DNA of 64,000 nucleotides from Candidatus Heimdallarchaeota archaeon (GTDB taxonomy: Archaea; Asgardarchaeota; Heimdallarchaeia; JABLTI01). Positions 61,527 to 64,000 of this stretch are shown piece after piece. Numbering within the stretch: position 1 is the stretch's first letter; every line of letters begins with the position of its first letter. The DNA lies in contig JABCTZ010000011.1 in NCBI GenBank assembly GCA_018238155.1, positions 64,001 to 128,000 on the forward strand, given 5' to 3'. The notes below the pieces were generated by a model. That model worked only from the letters and a program-made list of their open reading frames with translations, made no database searches and was not told the origin of the DNA. The position numbers and the translations under genes were made by a program.

Positions 61527-62798
61527 ATGTCTGACAAAAAAATCATTTACCGAACTTATAAGTATCGGCTCTATCCAACCAAAAAACAAGAAGCAGTCTT
61601 TAATGAATGGTTAGAAACATGCAGACGACTTTACAATTACTTTGTCCAACAACGATTTGAGCATTGGGAAATCGAAAAACATTTACCAAAAGAATATCGA
61701 GTGTACAAGTCTTATTTTGACCAATGTAAACAACTACCAGAACTAAAAAAAGATAATCACTATCTAAAACGAGCATATGCAGCAGTTTTAGTTAATGTTG
61801 CAAAAAGAGTCGATAAGACTTTTTCGGATTTTATCCGAGAAATAAGTGAAGGAAACTCAAAATACGGAAAACCAAAATTCAAGTATAGATTTTATTACAA
61901 TTCATTCACATATCCCCAACCAGGTATTAAAAATCAAAAATTCAGAATAGAGGGTAACAGATTATATCTTGGAAAAATAGGGCATGTTAAGATTATTCTA
62001 GATAGGAAATTACCACAAGAAGCAGTTATCAAAAATTGCTCAATAAAACGTGAAGTGAATCATTGGTATGCTCATATAAGTTTCAAGCAAATTGCAACAA
62101 TTCCCGAACTTCAAGTTAATGAGAATAAAGCAGTTGGAATTGACTTAGGAATCAAGACTTATGGAGTTCTTAGTGATGGAGAAGAGATTAAAAATCCAAA
62201 ATGGTTACAAGTGATGGAAAAGAAATTGGTAAGAGAACAGAGAAATCTATCACGAAAAAAGAAAGGATCTAAAAATTGGAGAAAGCAATTAATTAAACTT
62301 TCAAAAATTTATAGAAAAGTTAGATTTCAAAGAAATGATTTTCTCCATAAAGAAACTACTAAATTAACTAACGATTATGATTTAGTTGTTCTTGAAGATT
62401 TACAAATTAATAACTTGGTACGAAACAACAGGTTAGCTAAAAACATTAGTGAAGTATCTTGGGGTTTTTTTCAAAAATTTCTCTCATACAAAGTTAATGA
62501 AAAAGGGAAAAAACTTCTTGTAGTAAATCCTCGAAATACCAGCCAAATTTGTAGTAATTGTGGAGAGATGGTTAGAAAGAGTTTGAAGGTTAGAATACAT
62601 GAATGTCCTAACTGCAATATTGTTCTTGATAGAGATTTGAACGCAGCAAAGAACATTCTTCAAAGAGGATTAGAGGAATTACGGTCATCTATTGACAACA
62701 CCGTTGGGTTAACGGGAAGTGCTTGTGGAGAAGTTTCAAAGGAAACTCAAGGAAGCAAGAAATTTGTTAAAACAACAAATAAACCAAAGCTTGGATAG
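61527..62798 (+). CDS. tnpB: IS200/IS605-family RNA-guided endonuclease TnpB
   Basis: YKYRLYPT HTH; RuvC GIDLG, LEDL, DRDLNAA; Zn ribbon CSNC..CPNC. Confidence 0.95.
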   Translation: MSDKKIIYRTYKYRLYPTKKQEAVFNEWLETCRRLYNYFVQQRFEHWEIEKHLPKEYRVYKSYFDQCKQLPELKKDNHYLKRAYAAVLVNVAKRVDKTFSDFIREISEGNSKYGKPKFKYRFYYNSFTYPQPGIKNQKFRIEGNRLYLGKIGHVKIILDRKLPQEAVIKNCSIKREVNHWYAHISFKQIATIPELQVNENKAVGIDLGIKTYGVLSDGEEIKNPKWLQVMEKKLVREQRNLSRKKKGSKNWRKQLIKLSKIYRKVRFQRNDFLHKETTKLTNDYDLVVLEDLQINNLVRNNRLAKNISEVSWGFFQKFLSYKVNEKGKKLLVVNPRNTSQICSNCGEMVRKSLKVRIHECPNCNIVLDRDLNAAKNILQRGLEELRSSIDNTVGLTGSACGEVSKETQGSKKFVKTTNKPKLG

Positions 62799-62810
62799 TG
62801 TGTCTCATTT
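62695..62810 (+). ncRNA. Probable omegaRNA/reRNA scaffold overlapping the tnpB 3' end
   Basis: accgttggg..acgggaagtgcttgtggag..gaagcaag pattern; gcttg/caag and gtttc/gaaac, atttgtt/aacaaat pairings. Confidence 0.6.
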
Positions 62811-62889
62811 GCACTATCTCTATTTCATTTTTTCAATTAAAACCTATAGTTTTATAAATTCCAAATTTTGAATTAGAAACCAGATATTC

Positions 62890-62967
62890 GGGTGTGTAGT
62901 ATAGTACGGATAGTGCGTCTGCTTGCGGAGTAGAAGGTCGGCGGTTCAAATCCGCTCACACCCGCCA
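62890..62967 (+). tRNA. tRNA-Arg(GCG), CCA encoded
   Basis: GGGTGTG/CACACCC acceptor; TCTGC-TTGCGGA-GTAGA anticodon arm; GGTTCAAATCC. Confidence 0.93.
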
Positions 62968-63350
62968 ATTTATTTTATATAGATTTGAACATTTGACTTA
63001 GTAATAAAATGGTGGAATCTTTCTGAAATTTTATCCTTCATAGTGACGGTTATTACGATAAAAAAGAGAAAATTGTAAAACTACTTAACAGAATTAAGAG
63101 ATATTACCGAAAATTATAATCTCTATATAATAAGACGAGAATAATTAAAGATGAAATGTCTGCAAAAAATATCTGAGTAAATTAGTTTCCCAATAGAAAT
63201 TCACATGGAGCGTTGTGAATCACTGTAAGTGATGAACAGTGACTGCGTGACTCTGCTCCGAGCATGGATATTGAGGTTTTACTTAACAGCAACTTATGAC
63301 TAAATTACAGAAACTAGACTAATAGTGTAAATTAAATTATAAGAAAAAAA

Positions 63351-64000
63351 TCATTCGAGATAAAATGCCTTAACGTCATCCCAGTATTTGGTTTCCCACG
63401 ACAGTTTGGGAACAGAAGCACGAACATCTTTCTTAAGTTGTTCTAAAAGAGATTCATTTTTAGCAAAAAAATCTTCCACAAGGGGGAGCGTTTCTTCGAA
63501 TTGAAAATGGCACAAAGTTAAGAGAGCAAAGTACAGAAGTTTGTGCATCTTGGGTAGTGAAAGAGATTCATCTTGCAGCTGTTGAATTAATGATATAATA
63601 TAATCTGAGACAACAGGATGCGTTGCTAAATTTACTAAGGAAGAAACGCCATTGAGGAAAAGGATACGTTCCGGTGAAATTGCTCCTGAAGACAATTGCT
63701 GAGAAAGATAGGAAAGATAATCCACATTCAATAACGAATTATGATATTGACGAAGAAGGATACGATTGTGGTCAAATTTTTCAAATCTTTTATCTATCCC
63801 TTCTCGAATAGAAGGAACATTAAAGGGATGAGAATTATAAGCGAAGTATAAGAAACCAGTTTTTGAAACATTGAGGTTACCAAAGAATAGAAAAGCATCT
63901 TCAGCTGTGAAGAACACCTCACCAGGGATTTTAGCGACATCAACAGTGCCAAACCTCCTGTTATCAAGTCGTTTACTACCCTTTTCCATACGAGCAAAAT
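63351..64000 (-). CDS. Hypothetical protein, probably truncated at the window edge
   Basis: Open frame of at least 212 aa reaching the window end. Confidence 0.55.
   Translation of the reverse strand, partial: FARMEKGSKRLDNRRFGTVDVAKIPGEVFFTAEDAFLFFGNLNVSKTGFLYFAYNSHPFNVPSIREGIDKRFEKFDHNRILLRQYHNSLLNVDYLSYLSQQLSSGAISPERILFLNGVSSLVNLATHPVVSDYIISLIQQLQDESLSLPKMHKLLYFALLTLCHFQFEETLPLVEDFFAKNESLLEQLKKDVRASVPKLSWETKYWDDVKAFYLE

Larger units (their letters stand above)
61480..62810 (+). mobile_element. Solo tnpB (IS1341-like) element; ends approximate
   Basis: No adjacent tnpA; hairpin atagct-N8-agctat upstream; GC-richer structured 3' end. Confidence 0.6.

Noticed and set aside
63210-63250. Eukaryote-like SECIS element
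   Set aside because: Helix between GUGA and the AA loop is only 7 bp, the 3' GA is out of register, and no selenoprotein gene is evident upstream on that strand
148-63997. Many short overlapping ORFs in the track (e.g. 148-420, 2826-3119, 6244-6711, 27520-27759, 54439-55002)
   Set aside because: Antisense or out-of-frame shadows of well-supported genes, or low-complexity AT-rich frames with no motif support

Overview
AT-rich archaeal DNA, most consistent with an Asgard (Heimdallarchaeia-like) archaeon: it has a small GTPase fused to a roadblock/longin-like domain, a tandem-longin protein, an RPA2-like protein, an intron-containing tRNA and archaeal-type Lhr, EndoQ, Mch and SerRS. Bases ~1.4-26.4 kb are a compound island downstream of an intron-containing tRNA-Ala(TGC) gene (26387-26494, minus strand). 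Three displaced copies of that tRNA's 3' half (1383, 5366, 12690) divide the island into three stacked segments. No tyrosine or serine integrase is visible. The tRNA-proximal segment instead carries a co-directional operon (18637-26408): wHTH protein, degenerate helicase-wHTH-Zn protein (split by a 1-nt frameshift), a highly diverged Cas1 homolog with an apparently intact E/H/D triad, two small proteins, an Hrq1/YprA-like SF2 helicase and a metallophosphoesterase that ends inside the att sequence. I found no CRISPR array, cas2 or PolB. Other cargo includes an ArdC pseudogene, a helicase IV-nuclease, an SBBP propeller protein, a secreted caspase-fold protease, an MmeI-type RM enzyme with a stop codon in the nuclease motif, PD-(D/E)XK nucleases, AbrB and a free-standing LAGLIDADG-HTH gene. 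Bases 26.5-60.4 kb are mostly housekeeping genes, but include an unannotated 34-aa ORF resembling eukaryotic OST4. The right end has a LAGLIDADG pseudogene, a solo tnpB element, tRNA-Arg(GCG) and a candidate structured RNA. All assignments come from motif recognition by eye; no searches were run.
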